Source: Elusimicrobiota bacterium (GTDB lineage Bacteria > Elusimicrobiota > Elusimicrobia > Elusimicrobiales > UBA9959). Taken from it: a stretch of DNA of 64,000 nucleotides. Under the pieces are notes generated by a model. That model did no database searches. It worked only from the letters and a program-made list of their open reading frames with translations, and was not told where the DNA came from. The stretch is taken from NCBI GenBank assembly GCA_030651035.1, contig JAUSCK010000293.1, positions 12,973 to 76,972 of the forward strand, given 5' to 3'. This document shows positions 34,894 through 48,401 of this stretch, piece by piece; position 1 is the stretch's first letter, and each line of letters begins with the position of its first letter. Both the position numbers and the translations under genes were made by a program.

Positions 34894-37800
34894 TCATGTT
34901 TTTTCCGCGGCGCCTCCCGCGCCGCTCAGCTCCATAGCTTTTTGCTTCAGGGCTTTCAGGTCCAGTTTGCCGGTGCCGAGGATCGGGAAAGCATCTATCC
35001 GGTAATAGCTGTCGGCCGCCGGCTTCCAGAGGTTCGGCAGGGTGCTCGCGGCCAGGAGCGCGTGCATAGCGGCGGCCTCGCCGGCTTCCGGCGTATGCAG
35101 GACTACGAGGCGCTCGCCCCTGCGCTCGTCCGGCACCCCCGTTACGGCGACCACCGGCTCTATCTTGCCGAGCCCGCGCTGCAGCGCTTCCTCCACGGCC
35201 AGGTGCGGAACCATCTCTCCCCCGATCTTGCTGAACCGGGACAGCCGGTCCGTGATGCACACGAAGCCGTCCTCGTCTATGCGGGCGACGTCGCCCGTCC
35301 TGTACCAGCCGTCCTTGAGCGCCTCGGCGGTGAGGCCGGGCTGTCCGAGATAGCCGGTCATAACGTTGGGGCCTTTCACCAGCAGCAGGCCCTCCTGCCC
35401 GGCGGGCAGGTAAGCGCCGGTGTCGAGGTCCACCACCTTCATGGCCACGCCCGGCAGCGGCAGCCCCACGCTGCCCTCCTTCCAGCCCGTCTGGAATTCG
35501 TCGGGGTCCCGGCCGGCGTGCGGCACGGAGAGCGCGGCCACCGGAGCCAGCTCCGTAGCGCCGTAGCCCTCCAGCGGCCTGACGCCGAACTTTTTCTCGA
35601 ACAGGTCGGCCAGCTTCGGCTTCATCTTCTCCGCGCCCACAATCACGTAGCGGAGCGCCGCGAAATCCTCTTTTTTAGCCCTGTGCATGTAAAGCATCAG
35701 CAGCGTGGGCGTGGCGAAAAGCATCGTGGACCTGTTCTCGCGCGCGAGCCCGGCCACCGCCGCGGCCTCCAGCGGGTTCATGTGGTAGGAGACCGGCACG
35801 CCGCCCAGCAGCGGGTACCAGAGCGAAGCCGTGTAGCCCAGCGAATGGAACAGCGGCAGGGCCGAGCAGATATTGTCGCCGTCGCCGAGGTCGAACACGA
35901 TGCGCAGGGATTCGATGTTGGACTGGATGTTGTGGTGGCTCAGCTCCACGCCTTTAGGGGCGCCGGTAGAGCCGGAGGAAAAGATCACCGTGGCCGTGTC
36001 GTCGGCCTTAAAACCCCTTTCGCGGAGCAGCGCGCCCGCCGGGGCGAACTTAGCCGTAAGCGCCGCTGCAAGCTTGCGCCCCCCGCTTATTCCCGCGGTC
36101 AGGTCCTCCAAATACACGGCCGCGTTCTCAGGGAGGCTCAGGGCGCTCATCTTTTCCATGAAGGCCCGGGAGGTGATTATCGTGCGTATCCGGCACTGCT
36201 CGATGGCTGAGGCGAAAGCTTCCTTTGAAACCGTGTAGTTGAGGTTCACCGGCACTTTCCCCGACATCGTGACGGAGATGTTGGCCAGCGCCCCGCCGGC
36301 CGAGGCGGGCAGGAGGATGCCTATCATATCCTGTCCCCGCGTCTTCTCCTTCAGGGCCGAACCGAGCAGCAGCGCCGCGGTAAGGGCCCTGCCGTAGGTC
36401 AGCTTTTTCCCCGTCGTATCGCTCATTATGTCCAGGCCCCAGTTGCCGCGCGCGGTCTCTACGAAGCTGCGGCCGAGGCTGCCGCGCTCCGATTTCCGCC
36501 CGTTGAAATAATCGCAGGAGAGCTCCATCACGGCCAGCCGCACCTCGCCGGCACCGGAGGAAGCGGGCAGCGGCTTGCCGAACAGCACCGACACCGGGTA
36601 GCGGAAAGTGCCGGCCAGTTTCTTCACGAACTTGCCGTGGTAATAACTGGTGAAAGTGCCCCAGGCCCCGCCGATATAGACCGGGATGATGGGGTAATTG
36701 GTGTTTTTGACTATCTTGGTGAAGCCTTTGCGGAATTCCCTCAGCATCCCCGTGCGGGTAAGCGCGCCCTCGGCGAAGATGCAGACCAGGAATCCGTCAT
36801 CCATGGCCTGGCGCGCGGCCTGCAGGGAAGCGATGATCTTCTTGGGAGGATCTTTCATGTTTATGGGAATGCAGCCCATCAACTTGAACAGCGGCGTGAA
36901 GAAAGCCCAGCCCTCGTAGATATCGCTGGTCATTATGAACCGGAGCCTGCGCTGCTGGGTGGCCACCAGGAGCAGGGCGTCGATATAGGAGATATGATTG
37001 CAGACCAGCAAAGCCGGCCCCTCCAGCGGGACGTTCTCTATGTCTTTAACTTTAATATTGTAGACCAGCCGGGTTATGACGAGGGTAATGAACCGCAGGA
37101 GGAAATCGGGCAGGACCTTGAACGATACTATCGTCAGGGCGAGCGTAAGCAGGCCCATCATCACGAAGCCCTGGCCTGCGCTGAACCCCAGCACCGTATT
37201 GAGGAAAACAAGCCCCGAAGCTATGAGGACGCCCACCCAGCCCAGAAAATTAGAGGCGGCCAATATCTCGCCGCGCTGCGCCAGCGGCGCGCGGAACTGC
37301 ACAAAACTGTCGACGGGGACGATGAAGAGCCCGGCGCCCATGCCGGCCAGGAAGATCATGGGGCAGACCAGCCAGATGCTGGCGGGCAGGAAATTCAGGC
37401 TGACCGAGGCTATGGTCAATAATAGCGCGCCCAGCGGAATGATGCCGAATTCTATGTCCCGCCCGGAAAGCTTGCCGGCCGCCATGGCGCCGAAGCCTAT
37501 CCCCACGGCCGCCACGAAGAACAGGTAGCCGCTAGTCTCCTGGCTCAGGCCGAGATGGGCGATGCCGTAAGGGATCATATTGAGCTGCAGGTACGCGCCC
37601 AGCATGGTGAAATAGGCCGAGGAAAGCACCGCCTGCAGCAGATACTTGTCCCCCTTGATGGAGCCCAGCGTCCGCCAGATATCGCTGACGAAGAACACCG
37701 ACATTTTCTTGCCGGCATCCGCCGGCGGAGTGCTCTTTATCATGAACGCCGAAAGCACGCCCGCGGCGGCGATCAGCACGCAGAACACCTGCGCCGCCAC

Positions 37801-38331
37801 GTAATTGGACCCGGTCCGCTGGGCTACGAACGGGGCCAGCGCCGTGCCCACGATGATGGCAATGTAGGTGAACATCACCAGCAGGCTGTTGGAACGGGAA
37901 AGCTCGTCCCGCTCCACCAGTTCCGGCACTATACCGTATTTCGAGGGGCTGAACACCGCGCTGTGGGTGGCCATCAGGAAAAGGACCAAATACAGCCCCA
38001 GCTCGCTTTTCAGCATAAAAGCCGCGACGCCGCACAGCATTACCGCCAGCTCCGCGAATTTACAGACTACGATTATCGTTCTTTTGGAATACTTATCGGC
38101 CAGCGCCCCGGCCGCGGCGGAGAAGAGCAGGAAAGGCAGCACGAAGAAAGCGCTGCCCGTGGCCACTATCCGGTTGGTCTGCCCCGCGCCCAATATCCCT
38201 ATCAGGAAAAAGATCACGAAAAGCTTGAACATGTTGTCGTTAAGCGCACCCAGGAACTGCGTGGCGTTGAACCAGCTGAAGGAGCGGTCTTGTATCTTTT
38301 CTTCGGTCATAAAATATCCCCTTAGCTTCAA
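34894..38331 (-). CDS. tripartite fusion: MFS lysophospholipid-transporter-like + PlsC-type acyltransferase + AMP-forming acyl-ACP/CoA synthetase (LplT/Aas-like)
   Basis: 1145 aa. N-terminal ~12-TM MFS. Acyltransferase motif LLVCNHISYIDA...FAEGALTRTG. AMP-binding motifs IFSSGSTGAPKGV, YGATE and GWYRTGD. Confidence 0.8.
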   Translation of the reverse strand: MKLRGYFMTEEKIQDRSFSWFNATQFLGALNDNMFKLFVIFFLIGILGAGQTNRIVATGSAFFVLPFLLFSAAAGALADKYSKRTIIVVCKFAELAVMLCGVAAFMLKSELGLYLVLFLMATHSAVFSPSKYGIVPELVERDELSRSNSLLVMFTYIAIIVGTALAPFVAQRTGSNYVAAQVFCVLIAAAGVLSAFMIKSTPPADAGKKMSVFFVSDIWRTLGSIKGDKYLLQAVLSSAYFTMLGAYLQLNMIPYGIAHLGLSQETSGYLFFVAAVGIGFGAMAAGKLSGRDIEFGIIPLGALLLTIASVSLNFLPASIWLVCPMIFLAGMGAGLFIVPVDSFVQFRAPLAQRGEILAASNFLGWVGVLIASGLVFLNTVLGFSAGQGFVMMGLLTLALTIVSFKVLPDFLLRFITLVITRLVYNIKVKDIENVPLEGPALLVCNHISYIDALLLVATQQRRLRFIMTSDIYEGWAFFTPLFKLMGCIPINMKDPPKKIIASLQAARQAMDDGFLVCIFAEGALTRTGMLREFRKGFTKIVKNTNYPIIPVYIGGAWGTFTSYYHGKFVKKLAGTFRYPVSVLFGKPLPASSGAGEVRLAVMELSCDYFNGRKSERGSLGRSFVETARGNWGLDIMSDTTGKKLTYGRALTAALLLGSALKEKTRGQDMIGILLPASAGGALANISVTMSGKVPVNLNYTVSKEAFASAIEQCRIRTIITSRAFMEKMSALSLPENAAVYLEDLTAGISGGRKLAAALTAKFAPAGALLRERGFKADDTATVIFSSGSTGAPKGVELSHHNIQSNIESLRIVFDLGDGDNICSALPLFHSLGYTASLWYPLLGGVPVSYHMNPLEAAAVAGLARENRSTMLFATPTLLMLYMHRAKKEDFAALRYVIVGAEKMKPKLADLFEKKFGVRPLEGYGATELAPVAALSVPHAGRDPDEFQTGWKEGSVGLPLPGVAMKVVDLDTGAYLPAGQEGLLLVKGPNVMTGYLGQPGLTAEALKDGWYRTGDVARIDEDGFVCITDRLSRFSKIGGEMVPHLAVEEALQRGLGKIEPVVAVTGVPDERRGERLVVLHTPEAGEAAAMHALLAASTLPNLWKPAADSYYRIDAFPILGTGKLDLKALKQKAMELSGAGGAAEKT

Positions 38332-38352
38332 CTTAAAACTTGGCCGGGCGCC

Positions 38353-39426
38353 TTACCGCCCGATGAATTCCCCGGAGCGTCTGAAAATTTCCGCCGGGGT
38401 CCCCAGTTCCTGCTTAAGGAGTACGTCCCTGTCCCAGACGTTCCCCGCCCTCAGCACCGAGAGGAGCCGCCAGGGCTTAAGCGTAAGGCCGTAATACCAC
38501 GGCGAGACGAGCAGCGTATTGATAAGGGGAAAGTCGGAACCGTAAAGCAGCCGGCCAGAGAACTCCGGGCGCGTAAGCGCTTCCTTTAAATACCCGAATT
38601 TATTTATCTGCGTCAGCGACGAGATGTCGGAATAGAGGTTCGGATATTTCAGCATCAGCCGAACCAGCCGGTCCGTGCTCCGCTCGCCGCCGTACTTTCC
38701 CGTAGACGCGATATGCGCAGCTATTACTGTGACTCCCAGGCTTAACGGCAGGTTCAGCCTGTCAGGGTCGCATAATTCATCGCGCGTCCCGGGAAAAGAG
38801 CGCTCCTGCCCGGCATGGGTGAGCAGCGGCAGGCGGAGTTCCACGAGCTTTCTGTAAAACGGGGTGAGTTTCTTGTCCGAAGGATCTATATCCATGATGG
38901 AAGGGAGCCATTTCACCAGGACGGCCCCGTGCTTTTTCGCCCAGGCGAGCCGCTCAAGCGCGTCCTTGCGGTAAGGGTTCACGGAGGCGCCGAAAAGCAA
39001 GTTAGCGTGGCGGGCGGCCGCCGCGGCTACGAATTCGTTGGGCACGAAGAGCTCGGTCCGCGAGGCGTCAAGCTCCCCTTTGCCGTCGACCACCCCGTCC
39101 ATGGCCAGCAGCACGACCTTGCTTACAAAACGGCTTTTGCCCGCCGTTTCGGAAATTCGGTCGGCCATCAGCATGTCGCCTTTTTCCGAAAGCTCTGCTT
39201 CGGAAACGCCGAAGCTCCGCAGATAGGTCCCGAAGCGCCAGTTCCCTCGCAGTTTCGCGGAAACGAAGCACCCGCTCCCCCCGGCCCCTATGCCCGCCAC
39301 ATGGCAGTGCATATCCGTAATGCCGGGAGAAATTGCCTCAACAGGGCGGTACGGCCGGGCAAACAGAAGAATATAGCCCGCAATAAGGAGAAACCCCGTC
39401 CCAGAAACAATTATCGCTTTTCGCAT
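38353..39426 (-). CDS. amidohydrolase-superfamily metal-dependent hydrolase, membrane-anchored/exported
   Basis: N-terminal TM segment. DMHCHVAG metal-binding motif, later HAGQE and a GSDFP-type Asp motif. Confidence 0.6.
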   Translation of the reverse strand: MRKAIIVSGTGFLLIAGYILLFARPYRPVEAISPGITDMHCHVAGIGAGGSGCFVSAKLRGNWRFGTYLRSFGVSEAELSEKGDMLMADRISETAGKSRFVSKVVLLAMDGVVDGKGELDASRTELFVPNEFVAAAAARHANLLFGASVNPYRKDALERLAWAKKHGAVLVKWLPSIMDIDPSDKKLTPFYRKLVELRLPLLTHAGQERSFPGTRDELCDPDRLNLPLSLGVTVIAAHIASTGKYGGERSTDRLVRLMLKYPNLYSDISSLTQINKFGYLKEALTRPEFSGRLLYGSDFPLINTLLVSPWYYGLTLKPWRLLSVLRAGNVWDRDVLLKQELGTPAEIFRRSGEFIGR

Positions 39427-39640
39427 GTTAATTAACCGGTAAGTCAGCTATATTTATCAACCTGTATACCATGATATTATAATTTATCTTCAGGAAAATA
39501 AATCGGATATATAATAGCAAACGTGAACGGGATCAGGTGAAATTTAGCATTTTCAAATCAATCGATAAGTTGGTCAGGGCAAATTGCTAAAAATAAAGAC
39601 CTGGCCCTGGTTCGTTCCGTTCTGGGCTTATAGCAGGGGG

Positions 39641-39823
39641 TTACTTCAGGATTTCATCTTTGTAATAAGTTACAGAAGAAACCTTCACTACTAATTCGGC
39701 GGAGGCCTGCCGCCTCATCGCTTTTTCACTGGCGGCCGCGCTGCCGGCAGGCAGGGCGGCGAAGCCGCGGCCTGCAAAGATGAAAAAGCCCAGCGCCGCC
39801 GAATATAATATTTTATTTTGCAC
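39641..39823 (-). CDS. small exported hypothetical protein (60 aa)
   Basis: Signal-like N-terminus MQNKILYSAALGFFIFAGRGFAA. No other support. Confidence 0.3.
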   Translation of the reverse strand: MQNKILYSAALGFFIFAGRGFAALPAGSAAASEKAMRRQASAELVVKVSSVTYYKDEILK

Positions 39824-39875
39824 AACCTCGGACCCTTCCCTATTTTAGTCCCCTATTTTGCTAAATCGTGCCGCA

Positions 39876-39920
39876 TTAAAAAAGAAGGCGGCCGGGGAGG
39901 GTTTGCTCCGCCGGCCGCCG
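39876..39920 (-). terminator. intrinsic terminator downstream of gyrA
   Basis: Minus strand reads GGCGGCCGG...CCGGCCGCC followed by TTCTTTTTT. Confidence 0.6.
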
Positions 39921-39936
39921 TTCTTCTGCCGCGCTT

Positions 39937-42450
<2,514 letters not shown>

Positions 42451-42475
42451 TATTCAACTCCTTAAAAATTACTCA

Positions 42476-42555
42476 CATGGATGGAGAGGATAAACAGGAT
42501 AAGAACTAAAAGTCGACATCCTGTCCATCCTGTGTATCCATGTTAAATCCTCTCC
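42476..42555. repeat. nested imperfect inverted repeat in the gyrB-gyrA spacer
   Basis: Three pairs: CATGGAT/ATCCATG (42476-42482 / 42536-42542), GGAGAGGAT/ATCCTCTCC (42483-42491 / 42547-42555) and CAGGAT/ATCCTG (42495-42500 / 42518-42523). Confidence 0.45.
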
Positions 42556-42559
42556 GCGG

Positions 42560-45028
<2,469 letters not shown>

Positions 45029-45076
45029 CTAACTCCTGTAAGTAATCTTAAAATTTGAATAAAAAAACTTCCTAAA

Positions 45077-45165
45077 TTCACCGCTGAGCCGCAGAGGTCG
45101 CGGAGAACCGCATTTTTAAATCTTCTTCTCTCTTAACTCCGCGACCTCTGCGCCTCAGCGGTGAA
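45077..45165. repeat. palindromic REP/MITE-like element, copy 1
   Basis: Arms TTCACCGCTGAGCCGCAGAGGTCGCGGAGAAC and CTCCGCGACCTCTGCGCCTCAGCGGTGAA around an AT-rich loop. A near-identical element lies at 51211-51293. Confidence 0.7.
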
Positions 45166-45173
45166 CTCTTCTC

Positions 45174-45479
45174 TTAAATGCTGTTCGCAGTCTTTATGGC
45201 TTTTATCCACGGCCGCTTGAAATACTTGTTAAGTCCTTTCACCAGCACCGAGCTGCGCAGGGCAAGCTCGCTGGCGGCGGTTGCGGAGGAAGGTTTAACG
45301 AGTATAACGCCCTTATCCACGCCCAACAGCACGCAGTGTTCGCCCAGGCGGCCCATCTCTTTCTTCCAGACCGCTTCCAGAAGGGCCAGGCGGTCCAGGT
45401 CGGATCCTCCCATCAACTTCCAGGAAGAGCAGACCTCGTTCGCCTTGGTCCAGTTGGCTTTCTTCCGTTCAAGGAACAT
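45174..45479 (-). CDS. DUF721-family small protein (family that includes DciA-type helicase-loading factors)
   Basis: 101 aa in the classic position between dnaN and gyrB. The pattern W..IVG..LA.HT.P......G.L.V.V.SS.WA.EL is approximated by WKKEMGRLGEHCVLLGVDKGVILVKPSSATAASEL. Confidence 0.6.
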   Translation of the reverse strand: MFLERKKANWTKANEVCSSWKLMGGSDLDRLALLEAVWKKEMGRLGEHCVLLGVDKGVILVKPSSATAASELALRSSVLVKGLNKYFKRPWIKAIKTANSI

Positions 45480-45480
45480 C

Positions 45481-46602
45481 TTACTGTGTGCGCAGCGGCA
45501 TAACTATATAGATCAGGTCCTCGCGGCCCTTTACCCTGAGCAGCGCGGGCGTGGCCGGGGAGGTGAACTCGGCGGTTATGTCGCTGTCGCCGGCCGCCCG
45601 GAGGATGTCCAGCACGAACTTGGGGTTAAAGCTTATCTGGAACTCCTTGCCCTTGTAGTCTATTTCCAGCTCGTCCTCGAAATCCATGCTCTGGGAGGCG
45701 GAATTGACCACCAGCGCGTCCGTCTTGAAAGTGTACTTCACTGAGCCGGAGCGCTCGTTGGAACAGATGGCGGCGCGCTTGGTCACGGCCATAAGTTTTT
45801 CCGCGTTGATAACTATCTCTATCTCGTGGCTCTTGGGGATGATCTGCTCGAAGGCGGGGAAGTTCCCCTCCACCAGGCGGGAGATGAACACCGTCTTGCC
45901 TATCTTGAAGCCTATCTGGTTGGAGGACAGCCCCACGGTGACCTCGTCGGCGTCCTTTACGCCGCCTCCCTTCAGGTAGCGGGCCAGCTCGCCGAGTATT
46001 TTGGAGGGCACTATGACCTTGAACTCCTTCTTCGTCTTTATTTTTTTTGTGGAGGTTATCGCCAGGCGGCGGCCGTCGGTGGCCACCAGCGAGAAGATAT
46101 CTTTTTCATATTTCCAGAGCAGGCCGTTCAGGAAGTGCCTGTCGTCCTCGGAGGAGGCTGAGAAGATGGTGCTGTTTATCATCTCGGCTAAAAGCTTGGC
46201 GGGCACCTTGAAGGAATTGCTTTCGTCCAGGTCGGGTATGACCGGGTAGTCGTTCTTGGGCGTGCCTCCCAGCTTAAAGCGGGATTTGCCGCTTAAGATG
46301 GAGATGCGGTTATTTTCGTCCACCGCGATATTAACATCGGAGTCCTCTCCGAGGTTCTGCAGTATCTCCATGAATTTTTTAATGGGGACGGTTATGCTGC
46401 CCTCCCCTTTTATCTCCAGGGGGATATGGTGCTTTATGGCCATTTCAAGATCGGTGAAAACGACCTTGACCCCCTTGTCCTCGGTCTCCATCAGGAAGTT
46501 CTGTAATATCGGTATGGTCCCGGTTTTTGAAGAGACGCCGGCCTGTATCGTCTGCATTCCCTTTATCAGGGCTTCCCTGTTACTGTTTATTTTCATCATC
46601 AT
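45481..46602 (-). CDS. dnaN: DNA polymerase III beta sliding clamp
   Basis: 373 aa with three-domain clamp length and position after dnaA. Motifs ILQNFLMETEDKGVKVVFTDLEM and ATDGRRLA. Confidence 0.95.
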   Translation of the reverse strand: MMMKINSNREALIKGMQTIQAGVSSKTGTIPILQNFLMETEDKGVKVVFTDLEMAIKHHIPLEIKGEGSITVPIKKFMEILQNLGEDSDVNIAVDENNRISILSGKSRFKLGGTPKNDYPVIPDLDESNSFKVPAKLLAEMINSTIFSASSEDDRHFLNGLLWKYEKDIFSLVATDGRRLAITSTKKIKTKKEFKVIVPSKILGELARYLKGGGVKDADEVTVGLSSNQIGFKIGKTVFISRLVEGNFPAFEQIIPKSHEIEIVINAEKLMAVTKRAAICSNERSGSVKYTFKTDALVVNSASQSMDFEDELEIDYKGKEFQISFNPKFVLDILRAAGDSDITAEFTSPATPALLRVKGREDLIYIVMPLRTQ

Positions 46603-46610
46603 AGTCCTCT

Positions 46611-46669
46611 ATAAGACAGGCTGTTGATAGCGTCAAAAAGTTAGGCACATAGGAGAAAGTTATCAACAG
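46611..46669. promoter_or_regulatory. DnaA-box-like sites in the dnaA-dnaN spacer
   Basis: CTGTTGATA (46611-46619) is inverted relative to TTATCAACA (46650-46658), followed by TTATCCGAT (46661-46669). These are 1-2 mismatches from TTATCCACA. Confidence 0.4.
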
Positions 46670-46719
46670 CTTATCCGATTTTGCTGACAGTCCTGACAAA
46701 AACCCGCTCCGCAAACACC

Positions 46720-48072
46720 CTACCCCTGGTTATTAACAGTCTTTATCTTTGAAATTATCTGGTTCAGAGTCTCGTTAAAATAGGGGTCGGACTGTACCAG
46801 GTGGCTGATCTTGTCTTTGGCATAGATCACCGTAGCGTGGTCGCGGTCGAAGGCCTCACCTATGTCGGTCTGGGTCATGTCCGTAAGGGTGCAGGCCAGG
46901 TACATAGCCACCTGCCGCGGGAAGGCGATATTTTCGGTGCGCTTCTTGGAATTAAAATCTTTAAGCTCTACGGCGTACTTATCCGACACCACGCGCTTTA
47001 TCAGTTCAACCTCTACCTTCTTGTTCTCGGAATCCTGGTCGCTGATATGGTCCTTTATTATTTCCCGCACGGCGTCTATGGACGGCTGCTGGCCCATTTT
47101 GGCGGCGAAATTCCCCACGTTTATAAGGCTGCCTTCCAGCTCCCTGATGCTTTTTTTTACATTTTCTGCGATGAATGTTATAACGTCGTCAGGGATCGCG
47201 TACTTGTGCTGGTCCCGCTTCTGGCGCAGTATGGCCACGCGGGTCTCGAAATCTGGGATCTTTATGTCGGCCACCACTCCGGAAAGGAAGCGCGAGATGA
47301 GGCGCTGCCCCAGGGCGAGCTCCCGCGGCGGCCGGTCGGAGGTGACGACGATCTGCTTCTTGGACTCGAAGAGCGAGTTGAAGGTGTAGAAGAATTCCTC
47401 TTCGCTGCGCTCCTTGTTGACCAGGAACTGAATGTCGTCCAGCAGCAGGCAGTCGAGTTTGCGGTACTTGCTGCGGAACTGCTCCGTGGCGCCGCCGCGC
47501 ACGGAGTCGATGTATTCGTTCACGAAATTTTCGCTGGCGGTGTAGAGGATGCGCGCGGAGGAGTTGTTCTTGAAGATGCCGTGGGCGATGGCGTGCAGCA
47601 GGTGGGTCTTGCCCAGGCCCGGTGCGCTGTAGATGAAGAAGGGGTTGGTCTGGCCCGGAGTCTTAGCCACTCCCTCCGCCGAGGCGAAGGCGAAGCGGTT
47701 GGACGTGCCCATGATGAAGCTCTCAAAGGTGTAATTGGGGTTGAAGGAATAATAATTAGCGGGCAGAGCGAGCGACGCCGGGGTGGCCTTGGACTGCGGC
47801 ACCGGCTCAGTCTGGGCCAGCGACATGGAATAATTAATTTTAAGGGTTTTCCCGGTGAACCGGGTCAGCAGAGAGATTATTTTCTCCTCGTAACGCTGTT
47901 TTACCGTGTTATAAATTATCTCATTGGGAACTTCAAGTTTAAATGTGTCATCCTCTATGACTAGCGGCTTTATCTGGCTCAACCAAAGGTCTAATGCCTC
48001 GGAACCGATGTCGGTTTCAAGATTTTTGATCACTTCCTGCCAGATTTCTTTGATATCTGTTAAGTTATCCAC
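46720..48072 (-). CDS. dnaA: chromosomal replication initiator DnaA
   Basis: 450 aa with a GTG start. Walker A GLGKTHLLHAI, DDIQFL, and C-terminal DNA-binding helix RQVAMYL...DHATVIYA. Confidence 0.97.
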   Translation of the reverse strand: MDNLTDIKEIWQEVIKNLETDIGSEALDLWLSQIKPLVIEDDTFKLEVPNEIIYNTVKQRYEEKIISLLTRFTGKTLKINYSMSLAQTEPVPQSKATPASLALPANYYSFNPNYTFESFIMGTSNRFAFASAEGVAKTPGQTNPFFIYSAPGLGKTHLLHAIAHGIFKNNSSARILYTASENFVNEYIDSVRGGATEQFRSKYRKLDCLLLDDIQFLVNKERSEEEFFYTFNSLFESKKQIVVTSDRPPRELALGQRLISRFLSGVVADIKIPDFETRVAILRQKRDQHKYAIPDDVITFIAENVKKSIRELEGSLINVGNFAAKMGQQPSIDAVREIIKDHISDQDSENKKVEVELIKRVVSDKYAVELKDFNSKKRTENIAFPRQVAMYLACTLTDMTQTDIGEAFDRDHATVIYAKDKISHLVQSDPYFNETLNQIISKIKTVNNQG

Positions 48073-48400
48073 AAGTTATCCACAACTGTTAGTAAGATTT
48101 TTGGTTAGCTGAGAAACGCTTGTTTTATATATGTTTTCTGTGTTAGTAACTATTTTTCAGTCTCAACAAATATCGGTTTTGGGCTGGAAAAGGGTGCAGT
48201 TTCTGCACATACGCTGTATAAAACCTATACTCGGAAAACGGCCGGAAAAACCGATAAAAAAGGCCAAAAGGGCGCGTAGAACGGCTTTTTTATCAGGATA
48301 TCTATATAGTATATATTTACAAGGGCAGAGTCAACAACAAAAAAGCCCCAACAAAAAAGCCCCATAAATTGGAGCTTTTTTGTTCAGCCGGCAGCTTTCT
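48065..48400. other. candidate oriC / dnaA promoter region
   Basis: Two perfect TTATCCACA boxes at 48065-48073 (overlapping the dnaA GTG) and 48076-48084. They are followed by the most AT-rich non-coding stretch nearby (e.g. atctatatagtatatatttac). Confidence 0.6.
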
Positions 48401-48401
48401 T

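Noticed and set aside
39430-39640. AT-rich ~200-bp spacer downstream of gyrA with a TTATCAACC-like site, considered as a second origin or DUE.
   Set aside because: It holds only one degenerate DnaA-box-like site. AT-richness is adequately explained by its being a promoter/terminator spacer between unrelated genes, and the perfect boxes are at 48.07 kb.
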